Source: an uncultured Bacilli bacterium (GTDB lineage Bacteria > Bacillota_I > Bacilli_A > RF39 > UBA660). From it: a stretch of 54,080 bases of DNA. A program made the translations under genes and the position numbers. Location: NCBI GenBank assembly GCA_947626445.1, contig CANQSC010000001.1:1-54080 (forward strand), written 5' to 3'. Shown in pieces: positions 10,601 through 18,356 of this stretch. The notes beneath the pieces are model-generated. The model was not told the DNA's origin, did no database searches, and worked only from the letters and a program-made list of their open reading frames with translations. Every line of letters starts with the position of its first letter. The first letter of the stretch is position 1.

Positions 10601-10949
10601 GACCCAAAGATTAAAATGTGACCCTAGTAGTGAACGTGGAATATTGTTATGTAAAATAGGTATGGTTTGGAATATTAAGAAAAATAAATTAGAAATAAAC
10701 AATTTGTGCACACAATATAATATAGATGAGAAAAAAAACAAAAGAATTCTTAAACACATTTCAATTCAAGAATTACAATCTAAAATAGAATTTCTTAAAG
10801 CATATAATATGCCTATTATTAATGACAATGGTCTATTAATTGATATATTTTCTATGAGTAGTCCTGATATAAAAGAAAAATATGGTATATCACTTGAAGA
10901 ACTAATAAGTGAATATTATATAAAAAATCAAAAGAGTAAAGGTGTTTAA
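7635..10949 (+). CDS. SF2 (DEAD/DEAH-like, ResIII-type) helicase with seven C-terminal helicase-associated (HA) domain repeats
   Basis: Walker A HATGTGKS, motif II LILDEFHH, motif III MTAY, motif VI QLGRALS. Seven repeats of W-x-KNYE-x-AKIYYEHYGNL..KTNDGYTYDE.G.INLG.WI..QR..FS.LS.E.Q.LL..IGF. Start uncertain (TTG 7635, ATG 7650 or ATG 7659). Confidence 0.8.
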   Translation: MILKFMKVMRLNNNEFQTIGLYDHNADSYKKILSAFETGQDVVGIVHATGTGKSYNALQLAYDNKDKKIVYVVPSNGIIEHLNKIIEDNPNLDLKRDFPNLEFRTYHSLISLSKDEIKDINCDLLILDEFHHIGAPIWGARINTMIETHPNMKIFGMTAYTVRDRGSSYERDMANPDTGELFSKKIESRYDLCDAMIDGVLPKPIYKTAYTNLIGMESRLEERVKKLNATSKEYQEYMAILNDVKKRIHEAPSIPNILKKSIKPNGKYIYFCPPYAEEGTNDIETIKKQAFLWFKQFVPEENIIFYSSTSDMGETGKKNREAFYRDVNLDGEAVDNKLRVMFAINQYNEGIHAPNIDGVIMGRGTTSDIVYFEQLGRALSVRGNTKEMFLKLEKHSIEELREVCKLRDIPTKENPIKEELIEKLIAPVIIDLTNNYDFIKELENNLKDKIKDIQNNDIGNHRNIKIRDASFDIEIENQDLFEMLRYVSNRLTKTWEDYYEFAQNYYEHYGNLLIPAKFKTNDGYTYDENGTINLGNWITFQRRSFSNLSQEKQQLLQSIGFVLNCFEEQWHKNYELAKIYYEHYGNLEITQRFKTNDGYTYDENGTINLGAWIMIQRRSFSKLSQEKQQLLQSIGFVLNSLEEQWHKNYELAKIYYEHYGNLEITQRFKTNDGFTYDEKGDINLGNWITTQRKSFSRLSQERQRLLQSIGFIINPLEEQWQKNYEFAKIYYEHYGNLLIPAKFKTNDGYTYDEKGTINLGNWIINLRSNFSNLSLEKQHLLQKIGFVINPLEEQWQKNYEFAKIYYEHYGNLLIPEKFKTNDGYTYNENGTINLGNWITIQRKRFSRLSQERQYLLQKIGFVLNQYEGQWNKNYELAKIYYDHYGNLLIPTNFKTNDGYTYDEKGTVNLGSWIVNQRQSFSSLKKERQRLLQSIGFVLNSLEEQWNKNYEFAKIYYEYYGNLLIPVKFKTNDGYTRDEKGTVNLGSWIMTQRLKCDPSSERGILLCKIGMVWNIKKNKLEINNLCTQYNIDEKKNKRILKHISIQELQSKIEFLKAYNMPIINDNGLLIDIFSMSSPDIKEKYGISLEELISEYYIKNQKSKGV
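9117..10691 (+). repeat. Seven tandem in-frame 225-bp repeats (75 aa each) inside the helicase gene
   Basis: Repeat-initial TGG codons at 9117 and 9342 were checked directly; later units follow the 225-nt period. Units 2 and 3 share 86 nt with one mismatch. Confidence 0.9.
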
Positions 10950-10950
10950 A

Positions 10951-11274
10951 ATGTTTTTAGATAAATATTTAAATTCAACATATTTAGATTTAATTTATGA
11001 TAATTACAATAAAGATTATATAAGTTTATTAGATGAAGATAATTTTAATAAAGTTTATTTATTATTAAAAAGTTATAATTTTTACTTTATTGAAGATATT
11101 ATTTTAAATTATTTAGAACTGTTTGAAATTGAAGAAAAATATGTACAACTTGCTCTTAACGACATTAAATCATCTTTAGGAAATAATTTTGTTGAACAAA
11201 TTGGAAAGAATATGACACTAATTGATAAAATTATAGAGTTAGCAAGCAACTATATTGAAAAAGATAACATATAA
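10951..11274 (+). CDS. Hypothetical small protein (107 aa) immediately after the helicase
   Basis: ORF track 10942..11274; ATG 10951 with AAAGGTG SD, 1 nt after the helicase stop. Confidence 0.5.
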   Translation: MFLDKYLNSTYLDLIYDNYNKDYISLLDEDNFNKVYLLLKSYNFYFIEDIILNYLELFEIEEKYVQLALNDIKSSLGNNFVEQIGKNMTLIDKIIELASNYIEKDNI

Positions 11275-11279
11275 ATATT

Positions 11280-11954
11280 TTATTTACTTAACAAAGTTAT
11301 TTTAGAATTACAATCAATTGATAATAAAGCAACATTATCAATTTTTTGTTGTTTTTCTTTTAAATAATTATTAAGCCATTTTAAATCTTTATGAGCTTTA
11401 CTTAATTCTTCTTCATTTAAAATACCATCAACAATTACTAAATAATTTAAAGTTTGTTTACTACTATTCTTCTTAATATTATTTTTTAAATCATTACTAG
11501 TAATAGGCTGTGAATCGCCTTTTAATAAAACTGACATATCACCAGAAGGCTCAAGTAAAACGCAATCTAATTCATTAACATCAAAGCATCCCTTTAGACG
11601 ACACCCTTCTAAAACTTTAGCAACATTTAATTTACATTTTTCTAAATTTTCATAATTAAAATTATTATTAGAAAATAAAATAATCGGTTCTCCATCCATA
11701 ACTTCCGATATATTATGATTGTAATAGGAAAGTATAGATATAATAAATCCAACACCGCCAAAAACAACTAAAGCAAGGATTCCATCATACAAAGGAGTAT
11801 CAAGACTAATTACACTATCAGCCGCAATAGAACCAATAGTTATACTTAAAATATAATCATATAAAGTCAAATTTTTAATCTGTTTTTTACCAAGTAGTTT
11901 AACTATTACAAATAAAACCGCAAACATAATTAAAGAACGTATAATAATTTCCAT
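11280..11954 (-). CDS. DUF421 (YetF-like) membrane protein
   Basis: N-terminal pattern IIRSLIMFAVLFVIVKLLGKKQI..LTLYDYILSITIGSIAAD is typical of DUF421/YetF; AGGTGA SD. Confidence 0.65.
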   Translation of the reverse strand: MEIIIRSLIMFAVLFVIVKLLGKKQIKNLTLYDYILSITIGSIAADSVISLDTPLYDGILALVVFGGVGFIISILSYYNHNISEVMDGEPIILFSNNNFNYENLEKCKLNVAKVLEGCRLKGCFDVNELDCVLLEPSGDMSVLLKGDSQPITSNDLKNNIKKNSSKQTLNYLVIVDGILNEEELSKAHKDLKWLNNYLKEKQQKIDNVALLSIDCNSKITLLSK

Positions 11955-12032
11955 ACTATCACCTAAAATTAATATGTTCTATTATTTAAAATTTATAACA
12001 AATTATGTTATTATTTAATTAGGTGATAAGTT

Positions 12033-12749
12033 ATGGATAAGATAAAGGATTTACAAAAAATGATTGATGAAGTTAATAACATTGTTTTCTTTGGGGGAGC
12101 TGGAGTTTCAACTGATAGTGGGATTAAAGATTTTAGAGGAAAAGATGGACTATATAAAATGAAATTAAAATATCCAGCCGAAGTAATGCTTAGTAATACG
12201 ATGTTTTATAATGACCCCGAAGAGTTTTATAAATTTTATAAAGAAAATTTAAACAGTTTAGATGTTTTACCAAATGCTACTCATAACTATTTAACTAAAT
12301 TAGAAAAACAAGGCAAATTAAAAGCGATTGTTACCCAAAATATTGATGGACTTCATCAAAAAAGTGGTAGCAAAAATGTATACGAAATTCATGGTTCAAT
12401 TTTAAAAAATCATTGTTTAAAATGTCATAAATTTTTTGATGGTAATTATGTTTTTAAAAGCGAAGGTGTTCCAACCTGTGATGAATGTGGTGGTCTTATT
12501 AAACCAGATGTTGTCTTATATGGGGAAAGTCTACCTGACTGTTTTAATGAAGCCATAGAAAAAATAATAAATGCCCAAATGCTAATAATTGCCGGCACTA
12601 GTTTAACAGTCGAACCAGCAAGTAGTTTAGTAAATTTATTTAAAGGAAAATATTTAGTCATAATTAATAATGAAAAAACTAGATATGACTATAAAGCTAA
12701 TCTAGTTATTAACGATAATTTAAAAAAAGTTTTTAAAGAACTAAAATAA
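12033..12749 (+). CDS. cobB: NAD-dependent protein deacylase, Sir2 family
   Basis: GAGVSTDSGIKDFRG, QNIDGLH, catalytic HG, zinc CLKCH..CDECG; AGGTGA SD. Confidence 0.85.
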   Translation: MDKIKDLQKMIDEVNNIVFFGGAGVSTDSGIKDFRGKDGLYKMKLKYPAEVMLSNTMFYNDPEEFYKFYKENLNSLDVLPNATHNYLTKLEKQGKLKAIVTQNIDGLHQKSGSKNVYEIHGSILKNHCLKCHKFFDGNYVFKSEGVPTCDECGGLIKPDVVLYGESLPDCFNEAIEKIINAQMLIIAGTSLTVEPASSLVNLFKGKYLVIINNEKTRYDYKANLVINDNLKKVFKELK

Positions 12750-12763
12750 AAAAGCAACAAAAG

Positions 12764-15700
12764 TTACTTTTTTTCAGCTATTTTTTGATAATATTCATAA
12801 CGTTTAATGGCATTTTCTTTATTTATTTCTAATAATTTTTCAGCTAATTTAGCATCTTTAATTTTTAGGGAATTATATCTTACTTCGTTATCTAATAATT
12901 CATTATAACGTTCAAAGTTAGGTTCTTTAGAATCTATTACTAACAAATCATTTTCAGGTAAATAACGCATTAATAAAGTATATCCTACTTCTACTGCTAA
13001 TTTTTGTTCTTTAGTTGTACAACTTAAACCACCTTTAATACCATGTTCAACACAAGGAGAATAAGCAATTATGATACTAGGCCCAACATGTTCACTTGCT
13101 TCTTTAAAAGCTTTAATCGTTTGCATAATATTAGCACCTAAACTAACACTTGCTACATAACAATTAGGATAACACATCGCAATTTTAAATAAATCTTTCT
13201 TAGCATTTTTCTTACCTAAATCAGCAAACTCTGCAACCTGACCAACATGACTAGACTTACTCATTTGCCCACCAGTATTAGAATAAACTTCCGTATCTAA
13301 AACTAAAATCTTAACATTTTCATTACTAGATAAGATATGATCAATACCACCAAATCCAATATCATAAGCCCAACCATCACCACCAATAGCCCATACACAA
13401 CGTTTAGGTATATATTCCAATATATTTCTTAATTCATTAGATATAGGTTTCATAGCTAATTGATTTTTTAAGACCATTGATTTATCAAAATTATCAAAAT
13501 TTTTTAATACTTCTTCTTGTAATTCATTAATTTCTTTATCATCATTTTTAATACTTAATAATTTTTTTAAACGATTTCTTTTTAGTTTATAACTCATATG
13601 CATTCCATACGCAAACTCAGCATTATCTTCAAATAAACTATTAGCCCAAGGAATACTATAAGGTGTTGAAGGCGCACTTCCACCATAAATAGAAGAACAT
13701 CCTGTTGCATTAGCAATAATAATTTCATCTTGGAATAACTGAGTTAATAACTTAATATAACTAGTCTCGCCACATCCAGCACAAGCTCCACTAAATTCAA
13801 AACGTGGTTTTAACATTTGACTTCCTTTAACCGTATATTTAGGAAAAATACTTGGATTATTATAATCATTAAAATAACGATTAGCTATTTCTTGTTTTTC
13901 ATGGTCATATTTACCAAAAGTTAAAGCTTTTTGATTATTTTTACCAGGGCAAATATTAACACATAAACCACAAGAAGTACAATCAGCTTCACTTATAGCC
14001 ATGTAGTAATTATAGCCATCTGCTCCTACAGCCGGAATTCCAATTTTATCTTTAACTAAGAATGGTCTTATAACAGCATGAGGACAGACTATTGAACACA
14101 TTCCACATTGTATACAATTTTCTGGTTTCCATTTTGCCACTAAATTAGAAACTTTTCTTTTTTCAAAGCGACTACAAGCATTTGGAAAAGCTCCTGTACT
14201 AACACTCATAACTTCTGAAACAGGTACATCATATCCTAAACGATGATTCATTTTTTCAAACAAACTTAATTCTTTATTAATATCAAAATCAGTATCAATA
14301 TTTAAAATCGGATTAGTAATTTCTTTCAAAGCTTCACCAATCGCTTTAATATTATTGTTAACAACATCTTCACCTTTAGTTTTAAATTGTTCACTAATTT
14401 TTTTAGATAAGATTTCACTAGCTTTATTAACATTTAATAAATTTAAAATAACAATTTCCATTATTCTACTAATCTTACCTTTAAGACCATTTCTAGCAGC
14501 TATCCCATCAGCATCAATAGCTAAAATTTTAATTTTTTTATTCTTAATAATTTCATTATCGGTTTTAGTCATTAATTTAAAACAATCACTAGCATTTTTA
14601 GTATTAATAAGTAAAATACTATTTTCTTTAGCTTCACTAAGTAAATGAAATTTATGAAAATAAATATCTTTAGTTACAACCATTATATCGGTATTAGTTA
14701 CATAAAAAGGTGCTTTAATAGGTTCTTTAGATATCCGTAAATGAGAAATAGTTACTCCCCCACTTTTTTTAGAATCATATTCAAAATAACCTTCAACATA
14801 TTTATTTTCTTCACCAACAATTTTTAAAATATCTTTACTAGCAGACACCATACCATCAGAACCAAAACCATATATTTTAATTTCAGTTGCTGGTAAAGTT
14901 ATATTGTAATCAGTTGTTTCTAAACTTAAATTGGTTACATCATCATTAATCCCAATTGTAAAATTATTTTTAGGATTTTTTTCTAACATATCATAAACAG
15001 CTTTAATATCTTTAGGAACAGTATTTTTAGAACTAATTCCATACCGTCCTCCCACAACTAAAATATTTTTATCACTTAAAGCACTTAAAACATCTAAATA
15101 CAAAGGTTCCCCAATACTTCCAGCTTCTTTAGTTCGATCTAAAACAGCAATTTTACTAACAGTTGAAGGTAAGACTTTCTCTAAATATTTTTTAGAAAAA
15201 GGCCGATACAAATGAACACATATTAAACCATATTTATTACCATTAGCATTTTCTTTATCTATAACAAGTTTAATAGTATCACAAACACTCCCCATAGCTA
15301 CAATTACACATTCAGCATCACTAGCGCCATAATAAGTAAATGGTTCATAAGAGGTATTACATAAATTATTTATTTGATGCATATACCCAGCAACAATATC
15401 AGGTATTTGATTATATAAAGGATTTCTCGCTTCAATAGTTTGAAAATAAATATCTTCATTTAAAGCCATACCATATTCTACTTTACTACCAACATTTAAA
15501 CTACGAGCTTTAAATTCTTTTAATTTATCTTGGTCAAGCATTTCTAAAACAGCCTTTTCATCAATAGTGTTGATAACATTAATTTCATGACTAGTACGAA
15601 AACCATCAAAAAAATGTAAGAAAGGAAGTGAGCCTTTAATAGCTGATAGATGAGCAACTAAAGCCATATGATAAGCTTCTTCGACACTAGAACTAGATAG

Positions 15701-16111
15701 CATGCAAAAACCAGTTTGACGTACTGCATATATATCGGAATGGTCACCAAAAATAGATAAGGCATTAGTAGCCACAGTTCTCGATGCCACATGAATAACT
15801 CCCGGTAAAGCTTCACCAGCAATTTTATACATATTTGGAATCATTAATAATAAACCTTGACTAGCCGTAAATGTTGAAGCAAGACTTCCTGATAAAAGAG
15901 CCCCATGAAAAGCCCCTGCTGCTCCTGCTTCTGACTGCATTTCAACAACTTTAACTTGGTCATGAAATAAATTTTCTTTTTTTAAAGACGCTAAATGGTC
16001 AACATTACTAGCCATTGGACTAGATGGAGTTATTGGATATATACAAGATATCTCACTAAATAAATAAGCAGCTTCACTACAAGCCGTATTACCATCAACA
16101 ATTTTACGCAT
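12764..16111 (-). CDS. nifJ: Pyruvate:ferredoxin (flavodoxin) oxidoreductase
   Basis: 1115 aa. Two 4Fe-4S motifs CIQCGMCSIVCP and CTSCGLCVNICP; TPP-binding GGDGWAYDIGFGG; GAGGATG SD. Confidence 0.9.
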   Translation of the reverse strand: MRKIVDGNTACSEAAYLFSEISCIYPITPSSPMASNVDHLASLKKENLFHDQVKVVEMQSEAGAAGAFHGALLSGSLASTFTASQGLLLMIPNMYKIAGEALPGVIHVASRTVATNALSIFGDHSDIYAVRQTGFCMLSSSSVEEAYHMALVAHLSAIKGSLPFLHFFDGFRTSHEINVINTIDEKAVLEMLDQDKLKEFKARSLNVGSKVEYGMALNEDIYFQTIEARNPLYNQIPDIVAGYMHQINNLCNTSYEPFTYYGASDAECVIVAMGSVCDTIKLVIDKENANGNKYGLICVHLYRPFSKKYLEKVLPSTVSKIAVLDRTKEAGSIGEPLYLDVLSALSDKNILVVGGRYGISSKNTVPKDIKAVYDMLEKNPKNNFTIGINDDVTNLSLETTDYNITLPATEIKIYGFGSDGMVSASKDILKIVGEENKYVEGYFEYDSKKSGGVTISHLRISKEPIKAPFYVTNTDIMVVTKDIYFHKFHLLSEAKENSILLINTKNASDCFKLMTKTDNEIIKNKKIKILAIDADGIAARNGLKGKISRIMEIVILNLLNVNKASEILSKKISEQFKTKGEDVVNNNIKAIGEALKEITNPILNIDTDFDINKELSLFEKMNHRLGYDVPVSEVMSVSTGAFPNACSRFEKRKVSNLVAKWKPENCIQCGMCSIVCPHAVIRPFLVKDKIGIPAVGADGYNYYMAISEADCTSCGLCVNICPGKNNQKALTFGKYDHEKQEIANRYFNDYNNPSIFPKYTVKGSQMLKPRFEFSGACAGCGETSYIKLLTQLFQDEIIIANATGCSSIYGGSAPSTPYSIPWANSLFEDNAEFAYGMHMSYKLKRNRLKKLLSIKNDDKEINELQEEVLKNFDNFDKSMVLKNQLAMKPISNELRNILEYIPKRCVWAIGGDGWAYDIGFGGIDHILSSNENVKILVLDTEVYSNTGGQMSKSSHVGQVAEFADLGKKNAKKDLFKIAMCYPNCYVASVSLGANIMQTIKAFKEASEHVGPSIIIAYSPCVEHGIKGGLSCTTKEQKLAVEVGYTLLMRYLPENDLLVIDSKEPNFERYNELLDNEVRYNSLKIKDAKLAEKLLEINKENAIKRYEYYQKIAEKK

Positions 16112-16188
16112 AATAGTATCACATCCTCTAATAATTATTTTAACATAATATCAGCAAAAAAGATAACATTTAGGCCCACAAATAATTC

Positions 16189-16217
16189 TTGCATTTCAAA
16201 AAATATTATGTTATGAT
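16189..16217 (+). promoter_or_regulatory. Sigma-70-type promoter of sRNA copy 1 (TTGCAT-17-TATGAT, TGn extended -10)
   Basis: TTGCAT 16189-16194, 17-nt spacer, TATGAT 16212-16217. Confidence 0.55.
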
Positions 16218-16223
16218 GTATAC

Positions 16224-16346
16224 AGATGAAGGAAACTTCATACAATAAAAAAAGGATACATTTGGAAATAATTCAGATGTTTCCCATTTGGGATTGAAAA
16301 ACATCCGAAATCAACAAATGTTGAAATCAGATGTTTTTATTTTTAC
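16224..16346 (+). ncRNA. Putative antisense sRNA (type I antitoxin-like), copy 1
   Basis: Predicted TSS about 7 nt after the -10. Conserved 5' hairpin ATGAAG-GAAA-CTTCAT. 3' hairpin AACATCCGAAATCAACA/TGTTGAAATCAGATGTT + T-run abuts the toxin stop codon on the other strand. Ends approximate. Confidence 0.5.
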
Positions 16347-16435
16347 TTTAGTATTAAAATAAAGATTAATACAAATAATACTAGAATTATTATATATAAT
16401 AATGATATATAAAATGAAAATTCTTTTTTAGTCAT
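16343..16435 (-). CDS. 30-aa hydrophobic peptide MTKKEFSFYISLLYIIILVLFVLIFILILK (type I toxin-like), copy 1
   Basis: Hand translation; AGAGGGTGA SD 5 nt upstream of the ATG. Not in the ORF track (too short). Paralog at 16747..16836 shares MTK(K/R)E(F/Y)xFY. Confidence 0.55.
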   Translation of the reverse strand: MTKKEFSFYISLLYIIILVLFVLIFILILK

Positions 16436-16515
16436 ATTAATCACCCTCTTTCATTTTTAATATTAAAAATAAATTCGGGAACATCTGATTTTTATTTCTT
16501 AATGCATCCAATATC

Positions 16516-16544
16516 ATTATAACAAACTACGTAATTTGTGTCAA
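16516..16544 (-). promoter_or_regulatory. Consensus sigma-70 promoter TTGACA-17-TATAAT for peptide 1 mRNA
   Basis: Minus strand: TTGACA (16544..16539), 17-nt spacer, TATAAT (16521..16516). Confidence 0.65.
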
Positions 16545-16566
16545 CATCTTAGCCCACAAATAATTC

Positions 16567-16595
16567 TTGCATTTTAATAATTATTATGCTATGAT
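16567..16595 (+). promoter_or_regulatory. Promoter of sRNA copy 2 (TTGCAT-17-TATGAT)
   Basis: TTGCAT 16567-16572, 17-nt spacer, TATGAT 16590-16595. Confidence 0.55.
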
Positions 16596-16601
16596 GTATA
16601 C

Positions 16602-16738
16602 AGATGAAGGAAACTTCATACAATAAAAAAGGATATATCTAATTATTCGTGGAATTGGATACTTTCCTAAAAAGTTTTTTAATTTTAGAAAAAGCCCTTT
16701 AACACAAATGAGTGAAAAGTGCTTTTTCTTTTTATTTT
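16602..16738 (+). ncRNA. Putative antisense sRNA (type I antitoxin-like), copy 2
   Basis: Same conserved 5' hairpin. Divergent body; 3' hairpin GAAAAAGC..GCTTTTTC + T-run ends 9 nt from the peptide 2 stop on the other strand. Ends approximate. Confidence 0.5.
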
Positions 16739-16746
16739 TAGTTGCT

Positions 16747-16836
16747 TTATTTAATAATTAACATAAATATTAATATAAATACTAATATAAATAAAAATTT
16801 AATTATACAATAAAAAGCATATTCTCTTTTTGTCAT
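16747..16836 (-). CDS. 29-aa hydrophobic peptide MTKREYAFYCIIKFLFILVFILIFMLIIK (type I toxin-like), copy 2
   Basis: Hand translation; GGAGGAGG SD 7 nt upstream of the ATG. Confidence 0.55.
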   Translation of the reverse strand: MTKREYAFYCIIKFLFILVFILIFMLIIK

Positions 16837-16912
16837 ATAATTTCCTCCTCCCATAATAATTTAATTATCGTGGTTGGAAAGCACCTAACACTAAATTAGA
16901 TATATCGTTATT

Positions 16913-16941
16913 ATTATAACAAACTATATAATTCGCGTCAA
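16913..16941 (-). promoter_or_regulatory. Near-consensus promoter TTGACG-17-TATAAT for peptide 2 mRNA
   Basis: Minus strand: TTGACG (16941..16936), 17-nt spacer, TATAAT (16918..16913). Confidence 0.6.
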
Positions 16942-16963
16942 CATTTTAGCCCACAAATAATTC

Positions 16964-16992
16964 TTGCATTTTAAAAATTATTATGCTATGGT
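16964..16992 (+). promoter_or_regulatory. Promoter of sRNA copy 3 (TTGCAT-17-TATGGT, weaker -10)
   Basis: TTGCAT 16964-16969, 17-nt spacer, TATGGT 16987-16992. Confidence 0.4.
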
Positions 16993-16998
16993 GTTTAC

Positions 16999-17122
16999 AA
17001 ATGAAGGAAACTTCATAATATAAAAAAGGATACATCTTGAAATTGTTCAGATGTTATTCCATATATTTTTGGATAAAGCATCCGAAATCAACAAATGTTG
17101 AAATCAGATGCTTTTAATTTTT
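16999..17122 (+). ncRNA. Putative sRNA copy 3 (orphan; no intact partner peptide ORF)
   Basis: 5' hairpin conserved; 3' part closely resembles copy 1 (CATCCGAAATCAACAAATGTTGAAATCAGATG). Downstream minus strand has only a decayed remnant (..MLRK*). Confidence 0.4.
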
Positions 17123-17143
17123 AATTCAAAATTAGTAAAGTAA

Positions 17144-17173
17144 AGAGAAAACATTTAAATTTATGTTTTCTCT
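17144..17173 (-). terminator. Terminator hairpin downstream of ung (AGAGAAAACAT/ATGTTTTCTCT), usable in both directions
   Basis: 11-bp perfect stem at 17144-17154/17163-17173 with T-rich flanks on both strands. Confidence 0.6.
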
Positions 17174-17240
17174 TTATTTTTACTTTCTTAACATACTATT
17201 AATAGCAATAAAACAACATCTAAATTTCTTAAATAATTTT

Positions 17241-17909
17241 CTAATTTTCTATTCGTCCCCAATCAATCTTTCCTCGATTATTTTTTTCTAAAAATTCATT
17301 AGTTTTAGAAAAAGGTTTACTGCCAAAAAAACCATATCTAGCCGAAAAAGGAGATGGATGAGGACTTGTTAAAACTAAATGTTTAGGATTAGTTATATAT
17401 TTAGCTTTTTCTTTAGCAAAATTACCCCATAAAATAAACACAATTGGTTCTTCTTTTTCATTTAAAATTTTAATAATATAATCAGTTAATCTTTCCCAAC
17501 CAAGATTACGATGAGATGCTGGACTATCTTTTACAACAGTTAAAACCGCATTTAAAAGTAAAACCCCTTCTTTAGCCCATCCTGTTAAATCCCCATCATT
17601 TCTAATTGGTATTTTTAAATCATCATATAATTCTTTATAAATATTTTGAAGAGATGGCGGAACTTTAATTCCTTTTTGAACTGAAAAAGATAGACCATGA
17701 GCTTCTCCAACACCATGATAAGGATCTTGTCCTACTATTACAACTTTAACATTATTATAAGGTGTTAATTTTAAAGCATTAAAAATATAATTCTTAGGCG
17801 GAAAAATAGTTTTAGTCTGATACTCTTTATCTACAACACTCATAAATTTTTTAAAACCATCACTATTCCATATAATACTTAACTTTTCATCCCAATCATT
17901 ACCGATCAT
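17241..17909 (-). CDS. ung: Uracil-DNA glycosylase
   Basis: GQDPYHG motif, C-terminal HPSPFSA motif; AGGAGG SD. Confidence 0.9.
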   Translation of the reverse strand: MIGNDWDEKLSIIWNSDGFKKFMSVVDKEYQTKTIFPPKNYIFNALKLTPYNNVKVVIVGQDPYHGVGEAHGLSFSVQKGIKVPPSLQNIYKELYDDLKIPIRNDGDLTGWAKEGVLLLNAVLTVVKDSPASHRNLGWERLTDYIIKILNEKEEPIVFILWGNFAKEKAKYITNPKHLVLTSPHPSPFSARYGFFGSKPFSKTNEFLEKNNRGKIDWGRIEN

Positions 17910-17918
17910 AAAAACCTC

Positions 17919-18356
17919 CTACTTATGATACGTTTCATTATTATTTATTTTAAATGAACGATAAATTTGCTCTAATAAAAGACCTCTAAATAAACCATGT
18001 GGATAAGTTAATTTAGAAAAAGATATTTTTAAATTACAAGCATTTTTGATATCTTCATGAAGACCTAAACTACTACCAATAATAAAAGTTAAACATGGAT
18101 ATTTAACAAAGGTTTCATCGATCATTTTAGCAAATTCTCTACTATCTAAACTTTTTCCTTCAATACAAAGTGCAATCCGAAACTCATTATTTTTAAAATG
18201 TTTTTTCAAAGAATCTCGTTCACTCTCTAAAGAATTTTCATCTTTAACTTCAATAATTTCTAAATCATGATATTTTCTAATTCTTTTACGATAATCATCT
18301 ATTAATTCTTTTAAATAATTTTCTTTTATTTTACCCACGCACAATACTCTTATCAT
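17919..18356 (-). CDS. rlmH: 23S rRNA (pseudouridine1915-N3)-methyltransferase RlmH
   Basis: SPOUT/RlmH pattern (VGKIK..Y..R; IIGSSLGL; KLTYPHGLFRGLLLEQIYR). ATG 18356 with AGGAG SD inside the end of the upstream gene. Confidence 0.85.
   Translation of the reverse strand: MIRVLCVGKIKENYLKELIDDYRKRIRKYHDLEIIEVKDENSLESERDSLKKHFKNNEFRIALCIEGKSLDSREFAKMIDETFVKYPCLTFIIGSSLGLHEDIKNACNLKISFSKLTYPHGLFRGLLLEQIYRSFKINNNETYHK

Noticed and set aside
10553-10759. Minus-strand ORF inside the helicase gene; similar shadows at 12446..12661, 14355..14648, 21208..21393, 22683..22976, 23408..23662 and 50743..50988
   Set aside because: Each is antisense to a motif-supported gene and yields an implausible low-complexity peptide.
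16226-16297. Leaderless mini-ORF MKETSYNKKRIHLEIIQMFPIWD at the 5' end of sRNA copy 1
   Set aside because: The same ATG gives only 12 codons in copy 2 and 5 in copy 3. Reading-frame length is not conserved while the hairpin is, so a non-coding role is favoured.
16165-17122. Tandem repeats in the nifJ-ung gap as a possible CRISPR array
   Set aside because: The units are about 380-400 bp and contain promoters, ORFs and terminators. There are no short direct repeats separated by unique spacers, and no cas genes in the window.
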